From the sequence record ON287376.1: a stretch of 64,000 nt of DNA, one strand, 5' to 3'. The number at the start of each line of letters is the position of its first letter. Position 1 is the stretch's first letter. The translations under genes were made by a program, and so were the position numbers. The notes beneath the pieces were generated by a model. That model worked only from the letters and a program-made list of their open reading frames with translations, had not been told where the DNA came from and did no database searches. Shown piece after piece: positions 1 to 8,629 of the stretch.

Positions 1-130
1 TTGTGATCGCACATTCACTTGAGTCGAACAATGTTCTAACTATTGAAAAACTCATCGGCTACGATGTCGTCACTAAGTAACTAAAAACATGAGGGCTTCG
101 GCCCTCTATTATTTTTGTCAGGAGATCACC

Positions 131-682
131 ATGGCTAACAAAACGAGAGAACAGATGCTCGAAGAATTGAAAGTAGCAATTAACGCAAACGTCCAACAAT
201 GCTCCCGCATCGCAAAAACAAAAGAAGAAGCGGCCGTCATGGTCGCCGGGTCTATCCTCCGTATTCTGGACGGGGTAACTTCTTCTTTCCCTCACGCAGT
301 TAACCTGGTGGCTAACGCGAACACGAAAGAGGATAAAGAATATCTTCGCTCAACTAACCGCGATTGGCTGAGTGAGGACACCGACTTTACTCCAATGGAT
401 TATATCTATAAATCGATAACGATCGATTACCAACCTGCAGATTTCTTCCCGTCTTTAGTTAAGCGTTATAAAGACATGGCTATGTCGCTTAATCTGGAAG
501 ACCCTACCATGACAGGTAGTCATTTGGTCTGGATGTTAGAAGAGTTGGCTTCTAATGAAGATCAGTCCGATACCAAGAAACATCGTTGGTTAGGTTACAT
601 CCAGGGCATCCTTATTGCGCACGGCGTAACTACCGTCGATGAAGAACGTAACTTTACTCGGAGGATCTTCAATGGTGCGTAA
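131..682 (+). CDS. Hypothetical phage protein
   Basis: GGAG RBS at 121, ATG at 131 (the upstream track start lies in a terminator hairpin). C-terminal KKHRWLGYIQGIL motif is typical of a small phage protein family. Confidence 0.75.
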   Translation: MANKTREQMLEELKVAINANVQQCSRIAKTKEEAAVMVAGSILRILDGVTSSFPHAVNLVANANTKEDKEYLRSTNRDWLSEDTDFTPMDYIYKSITIDYQPADFFPSLVKRYKDMAMSLNLEDPTMTGSHLVWMLEELASNEDQSDTKKHRWLGYIQGILIAHGVTTVDEERNFTRRIFNGA

Positions 683-797
683 GGTTTGGGAACGTCGATT
701 AGAGATCATTATTGTTTTGGTCTTTGTTGTTTGTATCCCGGCCGCTGTAGTCGCGGCATTGATGTTCCTTCTGGAAATGAACGGTAGCCTTAAATGA
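672..797 (+). CDS. 41-aa single-TM microprotein (not in ORF track)
   Basis: MVRKVWERRLEIIIVLVFVVCIPAAVVAALMFLLEMNGSLK; GAGG at 661; stop overlaps the next start (ATGA). Confidence 0.6.
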   Translation: MVRKVWERRLEIIIVLVFVVCIPAAVVAALMFLLEMNGSLK

Positions 798-919
798 ATT
801 CTAAAGAAAACTTCATTTCATGGATTAACTCGATAGTAACCGCTGCAGTAATCGCGCTGCCGGTACTAATCTCGATGATCTTACTCCTTTACTTTTCTAC
901 TGGTGGGGAAGTCTACTGA
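794..919 (+). CDS. 41-aa single-TM microprotein (not in ORF track)
   Basis: MNSKENFISWINSIVTAAVIALPVLISMILLLYFSTGGEVY; ATGA-coupled upstream and TGATG-coupled to 919. Confidence 0.6.
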   Translation: MNSKENFISWINSIVTAAVIALPVLISMILLLYFSTGGEVY

Positions 920-1380
920 TGTTCCTTGAAACGTATCGTGATATGTGGAGATCCTTCTATACTCGCTACCGTTACGAAGGGGCAAAAGGAAAGGTCTTTA
1001 AATTCGCCGTATCTGAAGACGTGGCCGATACCTTAGATAAACGCATGGCAGTAATATTCCTAAAAGAGCCTGGTCAAGAACCTAAGCTCCTTTGGGTCTA
1101 TTACAACGAACCCATTTACCCTACAGTTTTCATCAGAGCGCTGAAGGCTGCGGGCGTTATTAAAGAGGGTATCGGTTACGAACACGGCTGTGCCGCCAAT
1201 CTCAGCGTGTCTAGACACTCTCGTAGCGATGTCTGGCAGATCTACACTGGTTCGCGGCCATTGTTGAAAGTAGGGTTGTTTAGCTCTACGTTCTACGCCA
1301 AAGCTATCGATCACGTCGGCTTCTTGGTAAATGACCATAAAGCCTTTCTCAAATTCTGTACTAATAAGGGTCTAAAATGA
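919..1380 (+). CDS. Hypothetical protein
   Basis: 153-aa ORF translationally coupled on both sides. Confidence 0.7.
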   Translation: MFLETYRDMWRSFYTRYRYEGAKGKVFKFAVSEDVADTLDKRMAVIFLKEPGQEPKLLWVYYNEPIYPTVFIRALKAAGVIKEGIGYEHGCAANLSVSRHSRSDVWQIYTGSRPLLKVGLFSSTFYAKAIDHVGFLVNDHKAFLKFCTNKGLK

Positions 1381-2447
1381 GCATTGCTACATTAGAGAAA
1401 TATAAAAAAGGTTTCCATGAATCTAAGCGCTTTACTCCTTGGATGGTTAACTTTGCCGAGGGTTTCATCGACCTATTCCTCGTAGCAGACGGGGAATACT
1501 CTTATTTGTTGAGTAGTCGTTTTACGTTGCACGAGCTGAGTGGTCACATCTCCGACCAACCTGCGTTACTCGCAGCGGTCACGGCCATATGGCAATCAAA
1601 TCCTAACCTGGTTCGCGTTGTACTGCGCGTCTGCGATCTTTTGCAAAACGGTCATCGACTCGACGTACTTGAAGAGATCGATCCAAATAAGGTTAAGTAC
1701 GACCAGATGTCGGATGTAACCTATTACGAAGGTTACGATATCGTTAAACAGGGCGATGAGTGGCTGGCGGTCTATCGTTCGAGAGTCCATCCTAGCGATA
1801 CTTACAGCACCTGGCAAAGTTTCGGGGAACGTACTCCGGTTAAGTTCCCATACGACCCGCTGGATGAAGCGGAGAAGACTTACTACACGACCCCGTATAT
1901 CCCTCTTCCGTCTGGCGGTGAGGAACTGGAGTATACGACCATTCCTAAAGGGACGGATGTTGATCTTTGGTTAACTGAACAGGCAACTAAGTACTACTAC
2001 GGCGTCAAGTATACCGAATATGGTAGTACTGTCTGTTTCCTTACTGCGGAGCAAGTAACTGCAGTTGCTGAATTGTGGGTAGGTAAACTCTCCACTGATG
2101 CGTTGGTTAAATCGTTAGAAGCAAAAGATCCGATGCTAGCTCACCAGATCTTACAACTCTACGGTATGATCTACATTCCGTCTATCCATCTCCCGCCGCT
2201 ATACGTAGGTCATGTGCATACCCACCTGCCGGGTATCATGTCGCCTGCGCCTAAGTACGACACTTTTGTACTGGCTGTCGATCCGGATAAGGTTCCGGCC
2301 TTCCTGGATAAAATGGGTACCCGTTACGAGGCATTCTTTGCTCGTGACGAAAAAGGGAACTACCAACCTGCTAAAGTCAAGCATCTCAAAATGACTGAGG
2401 TTGACATCGGTAGCCTGAAGTTGAAGACCTTCCCTTCTAAACTTTAA
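1377..2447 (+). CDS. Hypothetical protein
   Basis: 356-aa ORF, ATGA overlap, followed by a hairpin at about 2456-2480. Confidence 0.75.
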   Translation: MSIATLEKYKKGFHESKRFTPWMVNFAEGFIDLFLVADGEYSYLLSSRFTLHELSGHISDQPALLAAVTAIWQSNPNLVRVVLRVCDLLQNGHRLDVLEEIDPNKVKYDQMSDVTYYEGYDIVKQGDEWLAVYRSRVHPSDTYSTWQSFGERTPVKFPYDPLDEAEKTYYTTPYIPLPSGGEELEYTTIPKGTDVDLWLTEQATKYYYGVKYTEYGSTVCFLTAEQVTAVAELWVGKLSTDALVKSLEAKDPMLAHQILQLYGMIYIPSIHLPPLYVGHVHTHLPGIMSPAPKYDTFVLAVDPDKVPAFLDKMGTRYEAFFARDEKGNYQPAKVKHLKMTEVDIGSLKLKTFPSKL

Positions 2448-2515
2448 AACATAGACGAGTAGGGGAAACCCTACTCGCTTTTAACGTATCGCCGACTACT
2501 ATAGAGAGGTGTTAC

Positions 2516-3202
2516 ATGGAACAATTAATTGAGTTTGCTAAGACGTTCGCAATCGCTGCCCATTCTGCAATCGGGCAAAAAAGAAAGGGTAGCGACATTC
2601 CTTACTGGAGACATCCAGAGCAAGTCGCCAATATCGTAAGCCGTTACCATCCGATTCCTTCACTCATCGCGGCAGCGTGGCTCCACGACGTATTGGAGGA
2701 TACTCAGTCGGAGAAGCGGGACATTGCTTATGCGTTCTTGAATTCAAGGACGTTGCCGGATAAGGCAAGTAGTGAGATGACGATGGCTATGAAGATACTG
2801 ACTGAACTTACCGATGAGTTCAAGGGTACTCCTGGCGTTAATCGTCTGTACCGTGTGGCGGCAGAAATCCTTCGTCATTCTCGTTGCGACCTGGACGGAT
2901 TCTGGGTCGTGAAGATTGGGGACGTACTCTCTAATCTTTCGTGTAAGGATACCGTAGATCTTTCCTTCCTTCCGGTGTTCTTGTCAGAGACGTATACGTT
3001 AATGACTATGGCGCCGGAGCGCATCAAGGCTTTACCTATTTATCTCGATCTCATGACCGAGTTCGATAAGTATGAAGAAGAGGTTCAATTCAAAGAATCG
3101 CTTCGAACCGCTACTTACCGTGCAGCGATAAAAACGCTTAACGCTAAATTCCCAAAACCTTTTACTCAGGAGCAACTCCGTGACTACTTCACTTCGAAAT
3201 GA
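2516..3202 (+). CDS. SpoT/Mesh1-like HD-domain small alarmone hydrolase
   Basis: Motifs AH...Q.RK..IPYWRHP, AAWLHDVLEDT and VVKIGDVLSNL match the (p)ppGpp-hydrolase HD family. Confidence 0.85.
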   Translation: MEQLIEFAKTFAIAAHSAIGQKRKGSDIPYWRHPEQVANIVSRYHPIPSLIAAAWLHDVLEDTQSEKRDIAYAFLNSRTLPDKASSEMTMAMKILTELTDEFKGTPGVNRLYRVAAEILRHSRCDLDGFWVVKIGDVLSNLSCKDTVDLSFLPVFLSETYTLMTMAPERIKALPIYLDLMTEFDKYEEEVQFKESLRTATYRAAIKTLNAKFPKPFTQEQLRDYFTSK

Positions 3203-3626
3203 TTTCCCACAAGTTCACTTTAACCTGCTGTCTTCTTACGGTCTGGCAGAAGCTTCGGTCGGCTTCATCGACGGTCAACTGAAACGTAACAACGGCTCTC
3301 TGATGGCGCTTAAAGCGAACATGGTAACTAACGTTGCCCGTGCGCTGTATCACAGCGACTATCGCCAGGAACGTACCATCGGGGAAATCAAAGAGCAGCT
3401 TCGCTCTATGAGTCTTTACGAGCTGGGTGTGTTGGGCTATGCGATGACTATCGGGGAAGATAACTTCACCTTTGGTTATATCCAGAACGATGAAGCGCCA
3501 ACTGCGACTACCGTAGCCGAGCTGCTGCGCGAAATCCAATCTGCGTTCACCGAGCGCGGTAACACCGTAGCCGATAATATCCTGGCTGCACTCGTAACCG
3601 AATATGACAACAAGGCCCTCAACTGA
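3180..3626 (+). CDS. Hypothetical protein
   Basis: GTG start with AGGAG upstream; TGATG coupling to the next gene. Confidence 0.65.
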   Translation: MTTSLRNDFPQVHFNLLSSYGLAEASVGFIDGQLKRNNGSLMALKANMVTNVARALYHSDYRQERTIGEIKEQLRSMSLYELGVLGYAMTIGEDNFTFGYIQNDEAPTATTVAELLREIQSAFTERGNTVADNILAALVTEYDNKALN

Positions 3627-3976
3627 TGTCTACGCCATACGAGCAGTTAGTTGTAAACAGAGCGGCCGGGGTTTCTATCCGCTACTCCAACTTCAAGGAC
3701 GACCAAAGCCTGGATCATTGCAAAATGGTAAACCGGGCTTACCATAACTCGGATGAGGACATCGTTGTAGGTGACTTCAAAGAGGGTGATATTATCGTAG
3801 CGCTGAGTGTCAGGATGAATCAACCTGAACCAAAGAAGAACACTTGGAGCACTCAGTACTACCGCACCTTTATGCTGCGTGTGTTCGCTAAAACAAACAG
3901 CGAAGCATTCAAAGCTGCAAACAAATATCTGGATGAACATCCGGAGCTGATTAAAACCATCCCTCAAGGAGAGTAA
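3626..3976 (+). CDS. Hypothetical protein
   Basis: 116-aa ORF within the operon. Confidence 0.65.
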   Translation: MSTPYEQLVVNRAAGVSIRYSNFKDDQSLDHCKMVNRAYHNSDEDIVVGDFKEGDIIVALSVRMNQPEPKKNTWSTQYYRTFMLRVFAKTNSEAFKAANKYLDEHPELIKTIPQGE

Positions 3977-3977
3977 T

Positions 3978-4154
3978 ATGGACGAAGGCCAAGATACCAA
4001 CTCAGGAATAATTTGGGGTGTTGGGTTAATCCTGGCGTCCTTATTCATCATCTTTACTCTGGTCTGCGCTATAATCTGGAGAGCAGTTGGTTCCCTGGGC
4101 AGCGCAACCGTTACAATCATCAAACGAGGTACTCGTTATGTACTACGACGGTAA
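3978..4154 (+). CDS. 58-aa single-TM protein (not in ORF track)
   Basis: MDEGQDTNSGIIWGVGLILASLFIIFTLVCAIIWRAVGSLGSATVTIIKRGTRYVLRR; GGAG RBS; acidic N-terminus and basic C-terminus. Confidence 0.65.
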   Translation: MDEGQDTNSGIIWGVGLILASLFIIFTLVCAIIWRAVGSLGSATVTIIKRGTRYVLRR

Positions 4155-4455
4155 TGAGTTACGTGAGCGTTTCGTTGCTGATATCAAAAAGATCGCTGAC
4201 GAAGTTCGTGAAGGGACGAGTCACGATAAAGTCGGCCAGGTAGTCAAAGAGCTACTTGAATACATGGACGGTACTCACAAGCTCAGTGTCAATCCGATGC
4301 TCCTCTATGTCGATGCCATGGAGCAGGATAAGATCAATAAGTTAATGATGGCGGGTGATCAGATTATTGAAGATCCTATCTGCATTAACACGGGCGAATA
4401 TCTCGCCCCTCACTTTAAGGTGAAGCGCGATGACCCAAAGCCGATACACGAGTAA
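4138..4455 (+). CDS. Hypothetical protein
   Basis: ATG at 4138 (MYYDGNELRE) after GAGGT RBS. Confidence 0.65.
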   Translation: MYYDGNELRERFVADIKKIADEVREGTSHDKVGQVVKELLEYMDGTHKLSVNPMLLYVDAMEQDKINKLMMAGDQIIEDPICINTGEYLAPHFKVKRDDPKPIHE

Positions 4456-4771
4456 AGACCTCAATATGGAAGTCTTTGCTCAGGAACTGGAGCAAGGCTA
4501 TCTGCACGAAGATATAGCTTACCGCTACGATGTTCCGGTAAGTGACATTGAACGGATGCATAAACTCATACGGTTGACCGAGTATTCCGCCCGTACTGGG
4601 AATGCTATTTGCTTCCCGTTGCCATCGTTCGCATTTCCTGCCGATGAGTCTACTGCGGATCTTTTGCGCTATACTCCACGCAGCCCAAGGATGGACTCGG
4701 TTAATTTGAATCTCACCATGGATGAAATCCTCGACGATCGTTGTCCGGGTGAGATCTATCTGGAGAAGTAA
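4430..4771 (+). CDS. HTH-like protein, paralog of 13150..13446
   Basis: LEQGYLHEDIAYRYDVPVSDIE resembles a helix-turn-helix. Confidence 0.55.
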   Translation: MTQSRYTSKDLNMEVFAQELEQGYLHEDIAYRYDVPVSDIERMHKLIRLTEYSARTGNAICFPLPSFAFPADESTADLLRYTPRSPRMDSVNLNLTMDEILDDRCPGEIYLEK

Positions 4772-4772
4772 A

Positions 4773-5231
4773 ATGAAATTTGCTTTCTACAAGGGTCAGC
4801 GAGGTAAGTTTACTAAGGCTAACCGCGCATTGACTTCAATGGCTAATATCAAGGTCGGTGTCTCTGCTAGTCTGGGTTTCAACAACACAGTGATCTATAC
4901 TGACGGCGGTACACTTAATGTCTTGATGCTTGGCGATCGGATGTTACGCACCTCGGTGATTTATGTCAAGTCACTCAAACCGAAACGCATCCCTGGCAAA
5001 GACGGGAATGTGACATTCACTTCGGTTAGTATCGATACGGATATCGTAGGTTACGGTGATCTTGGCCTGACTTCTGGTTTCCGTGTATTGGGTGAGCGTA
5101 TCGTCAATGAGATTAATCGTGGTACCTTCGACGTGGCGAAACTTATTTACTGTCGCGACCATGGTCACTCTACCGTAACTGAAGGCTTGGCTGAAACAGA
5201 GCCAGGCGAAGAGTTTTACGTTAAGGCGTAA
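4773..5231 (+). CDS. Hypothetical protein
   Basis: ATG at 4773 after GGAG RBS. Confidence 0.7.
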   Translation: MKFAFYKGQRGKFTKANRALTSMANIKVGVSASLGFNNTVIYTDGGTLNVLMLGDRMLRTSVIYVKSLKPKRIPGKDGNVTFTSVSIDTDIVGYGDLGLTSGFRVLGERIVNEINRGTFDVAKLIYCRDHGHSTVTEGLAETEPGEEFYVKA

Positions 5232-5339
5232 TTAAATGTCAACTAACCGTTCTCGCCAGCGGGCGAATACTTATTCCGAAAAACTACCTAGCCCTAGGGG
5301 ATAGTCTTCTAGGGCTGATGGTTATTTGGAATATCAATA

Positions 5340-5585
5340 ATGTCAAATCGTACTCGTGCTTTCCGTCGTTACAAACGTGAACTTAAGAAACAAGCTGTTC
5401 GCCGCTATGGCGTTGCTGGTTACTGGTTCAATGGCGATAATCCCGTTAGTGACAAAGTCGTTATCGGTAAGGTTGCTACGACACCTAAAGCATGTAGTTG
5501 CTGGATGTGCGCCAATCACGGTAAGGTATTCGGCGAGCGTTTCTCCGATACTCGTCGTAAGTTGAAGCACACCGGCGGTGAGTAA
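5340..5585 (+). CDS. Small basic protein with CSCWMC putative metal-binding motif
   Basis: Arg/Lys-rich, KACSCWMCANH motif; flanked by hairpins. Confidence 0.65.
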   Translation: MSNRTRAFRRYKRELKKQAVRRYGVAGYWFNGDNPVSDKVVIGKVATTPKACSCWMCANHGKVFGERFSDTRRKLKHTGGE

Positions 5586-5634
5586 TCATAACGGCTAGGG
5601 GATTTCCCCTAGCCTATTTCTGGAGTTATACAAG

Positions 5635-5940
5635 ATGGTCATGATGTCTTTACCTACCGCAATCGTTGCTGCAAGTGACATGGAAGAGACCTTTGGTGAA
5701 ACCGTTACTCATGGCGGCTTCTCCGATAACGGTATGTTCCTTCTGTCTAACGACGGTAAGTTCCGTAACATCGTAGGGAGTAGTGATGACGGACGTAAAC
5801 TCTGGGATGAGTTAACTAAAGCTCGTACTATGGGTAAACCTATCCTCTGGGGCACTGGCTTCTTCAGTGAGGATCTGGTACTGAAAGGGTTCGGTGAGGA
5901 ACTCGATAAGTCTTACCGTAAAAGTTACCAAATGAAATAA
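5635..5940 (+). CDS. Hypothetical protein
   Basis: GGAG RBS; 101 aa. Confidence 0.65.
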   Translation: MVMMSLPTAIVAASDMEETFGETVTHGGFSDNGMFLLSNDGKFRNIVGSSDDGRKLWDELTKARTMGKPILWGTGFFSEDLVLKGFGEELDKSYRKSYQMK

Positions 5941-5948
5941 ATCTCACA

Positions 5949-5968
5949 TCTATATCACTCTATTGATA
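5949..5968 (+). promoter_or_regulatory. Putative early (virion RNAP) promoter
   Basis: tctatatcactctattgata matches the CTATATYAC-N5-WTGAWA consensus repeated in this window and the phiKZ early TATATTAC motif. Confidence 0.6.
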
Positions 5969-6033
5969 ACGAATCAAATAAATGTTTTCGTTATCAATAA
6001 CCATTCATTCAAACTGCAAAATAGGAGACTAAC

Positions 6034-6381
6034 ATGTCTAATGCAAACCAAACTAAAACCACCTTCTCTCTCGCTGATATCGAAGCTCAGGTCATGGAAC
6101 TCGAAGGTATCCGTATCGTCTTCCACGCTCCATCTCGCTTGAAACTTACCGGCGTTTCCTACGCTGATAAATACAGCAACAAAGTTGCCCATAACGGTAA
6201 TGCGACTTTGCTCATCAACCGCGTGAAAGCAGTTATCAAAGGCGCTGTGAACGGTAACCAGCGCGGCTGGCTTTCCACCTACCCGATCACTGAAATCGTT
6301 TTCGTTATCGTCGACGGTACCGGTAACGTACCTAACGGCGGCACGCACATCAAAACCATCCGCGATTCTTACTCTAAGTAA
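6034..6381 (+). CDS. Hypothetical protein, probably highly expressed, possible beta-grasp fold
   Basis: AGGAG RBS, strongly biased codons, own promoter and terminator. Confidence 0.75.
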   Translation: MSNANQTKTTFSLADIEAQVMELEGIRIVFHAPSRLKLTGVSYADKYSNKVAHNGNATLLINRVKAVIKGAVNGNQRGWLSTYPITEIVFVIVDGTGNVPNGGTHIKTIRDSYSK

Positions 6382-6419
6382 TAATCAATAAATAAAGGGG
6401 CTTCGGCTCCTTTATTTTT

Positions 6420-6875
6420 TTGTTCAATTTGGAGATACTCATGGCTTTAGCAAATGAACCAGCTGGGGAAGTTATACTCGTCAGCTGCAAGGTTAAGTCT
6501 CTCGGACTAGAGTTCATCTCCGAGTTGACTTACAAAATGGAAGAAGACGTTTCAGTTATCGCTGGGCAATCAGTTCAGCGTTTATTGAACGAGGTACGTA
6601 AGTTAGCTGCTAGCGTTAACAAACGAACTTTCTTTCTGATCTACCCATGGGAGTTCCTGAAGGTTTCTTGCGAATCAGATATCGATTATATCTCCTTATT
6701 CGAGGAGGCTATAAAAGATACTCAGGTTACCCTCTTGATCTTCCACAAACCGTCCACATTCAAATATAACGACGGTACCCATCCAAAGTTACGGGGTAAA
6801 ATTAAAACCTCGTACAAGCTCTCTAAGACAGAATTCTCACGCACCATCGTAAAGGTAAAAGGAAAATTATGTTGA
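6420..6875 (+). CDS. Hypothetical protein
   Basis: 151-aa ORF; start uncertain. Confidence 0.6.
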   Translation: MFNLEILMALANEPAGEVILVSCKVKSLGLEFISELTYKMEEDVSVIAGQSVQRLLNEVRKLAASVNKRTFFLIYPWEFLKVSCESDIDYISLFEEAIKDTQVTLLIFHKPSTFKYNDGTHPKLRGKIKTSYKLSKTEFSRTIVKVKGKLC

Positions 6876-7237
6876 CTCGCTATGAACGTATTGAGTTTCT
6901 CCTTAAGTCAACGGGTTCAGATATTAAGGTAGTTCGTCGTAATCTACCGAAGATCAGCGATCTGCTTCGTAAGAAGTGGAATACTCGCGGTCTGATATTT
7001 GATGCCATTGATTCTAATGGCCGTGCATTAGAGATGCGCCTGCTTCTTATCTACTTCAGAATCCCTGAAGGTAAGCTGTTGAAGTTAAACTGGCGTAAGT
7101 TTAAGAAATCTGTATCCAAGGAACTAGGTCAGGAATTCGTCCAATGTTTCAATCGCCCCAAACCGCATTGGATCGTTTCAAAGATCTCTGAGGATCGCGA
7201 CTACTTTAATGTCTGGGTTTCAGATAAAAAACCATAG
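6869..7237 (+). CDS. Hypothetical basic protein
   Basis: 122-aa ORF overlapping the previous stop. Confidence 0.6.
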   Translation: MLTRYERIEFLLKSTGSDIKVVRRNLPKISDLLRKKWNTRGLIFDAIDSNGRALEMRLLLIYFRIPEGKLLKLNWRKFKKSVSKELGQEFVQCFNRPKPHWIVSKISEDRDYFNVWVSDKKP

Positions 7238-7257
7238 TGCCTCCGAAAGGACGGCAC

Positions 7258-7290
7258 AAAAGAAAGGGCTTCGGCCCTTTCTTTTTTTTT
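7258..7290. terminator. Bidirectional intrinsic terminator
   Basis: aaaagaaagggc-ttcg-gccctttcttttttttt between convergent genes. Confidence 0.85.
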
Positions 7291-7304
7291 GCTTTTTTGA
7301 TGAC

Positions 7305-8576
7305 TTAGTCGATGCACTTCTCGATCAGGTCAAGTTCTGCGTTAGCCACTTTGAAGAAGTGACTGGTGTACGCAGCTACCGGGCCGGTGTAGCAACGAGT
7401 GTACATGCGAGACATGGAGTTAACCAGAGCCCACATGGAACGAGTGTCTTCGCCTTCCAGGATCCAGGTGATAACACCAGACAGTTCAGCAGATGCCCAG
7501 TCGATGTTTGCCATGGCGTTGGTTTTGGAGAAGGTTGCCAGGGTACCTGATGCAGTTTTCAGTTTACGGATGATGCCAGTTGCACTGGACTTATCCATGC
7601 CCTTGAACTTAACGGCGGAAGAGTGGTCGTTACTGGCCGGTCCGATATCAACCAGAGTCTTCTTAGCTGCGTTAGGGATCTGGTTAGCTTCAGTTACCTG
7701 AGTACCGAAGTTAGAACCCACGTAGAAAGAACCCAGCTCTTTGGAGTTTTCACCGTACAGACCTTTGGCTTGTTTCTGGAAGTCGTTGAACAACTTAACC
7801 AGTTTGCCACGCAGGTCATCGCGCAGGCGGTCGTTGTCTTTACCGCGGCCAGAGTTACGAGCAGCCTGGACTACTACTTCCAGGAATTTGTCGTATTCAC
7901 CAGCGGTCAGTTTGGACAGACCTACACCTTTACCCTGGACATCTTTGATGAAGGTTTCCACAGCAGAGTTCAGGGCAGCGGCGTTATCGATCTGATCATT
8001 ACCTACGGTCAGGGCGCGTTTAGCCAGAGCTTTAGGAACGTCGACTTCTTCTTTGAATTCGCCGGAACCTACTTTACTTTCTACTTCCTGAATGCGTTTC
8101 TTCAGAGCACCCAGGCGAGTGAAGGTTGATCTCATAAAGTCGGTGAAGGCATCTTTCGCAGATTCTACCAGATCACCAACGGCGCCGACCAGGGCTTTGA
8201 TTTTGTCCTGGAAGCCTTCCAGGGAAACGGTGGAGTCTACATACGCTTCCATCGAAGGCATGACTTCTTCCACTTCGATGCCGGTGCCGTCCAGGTTAGC
8301 GGCGGTCGCTTGTTCGATCAGTGCAACTTCGTTGATCGGGGTATTTTGGTTTGGGTTGATTTCGCTTTCGATGAACTCGCACATGTCGGTCATGCGATCG
8401 GCGCGGTCGGTCAGATTCTCTGACTCATCCAGGCGGTCAGCGATACCGTTGCGGCCTTCTTCCAATTCAACTGCCAGTTCGGCGTCATCGACATAATCAG
8501 GGATCTCGATTGATTCAAACGCTGGGCAGGAGAATTCTTCGCGTTTCTGTTGGATGATATTCCGGGTGTGTTTCAT
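7305..8576 (-). CDS. phiKZ-type internal head (ejection) protein
   Basis: Acidic ~120-aa propeptide ending in SME|AYVDSTVSLE|GFQDKIK, i.e. S-x-E prohead-protease sites, followed by an amphipathic helix as in the phiKZ internal-protein family. Confidence 0.8.
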   Translation of the reverse strand: MKHTRNIIQQKREEFSCPAFESIEIPDYVDDAELAVELEEGRNGIADRLDESENLTDRADRMTDMCEFIESEINPNQNTPINEVALIEQATAANLDGTGIEVEEVMPSMEAYVDSTVSLEGFQDKIKALVGAVGDLVESAKDAFTDFMRSTFTRLGALKKRIQEVESKVGSGEFKEEVDVPKALAKRALTVGNDQIDNAAALNSAVETFIKDVQGKGVGLSKLTAGEYDKFLEVVVQAARNSGRGKDNDRLRDDLRGKLVKLFNDFQKQAKGLYGENSKELGSFYVGSNFGTQVTEANQIPNAAKKTLVDIGPASNDHSSAVKFKGMDKSSATGIIRKLKTASGTLATFSKTNAMANIDWASAELSGVITWILEGEDTRSMWALVNSMSRMYTRCYTGPVAAYTSHFFKVANAELDLIEKCID

Positions 8577-8629
8577 GGTAGTCTCTAGTCCTTGGATACG
8601 GATAAAAAGGCCGGTAAACCGGCCATTTG

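Noticed and set aside
4773-5231. SVSIDTDIVGYGDLG as a GNAT acetyl-CoA-binding motif
   Set aside because: Only a partial match without the usual R/Q-x-x-G-x-G/A; too weak to call without a profile search.
6420-6875. Possible degenerate RecA-like ATPase half-domain
   Set aside because: No Walker A or clear Walker B motif; resemblance is limited to secondary-structure pattern.
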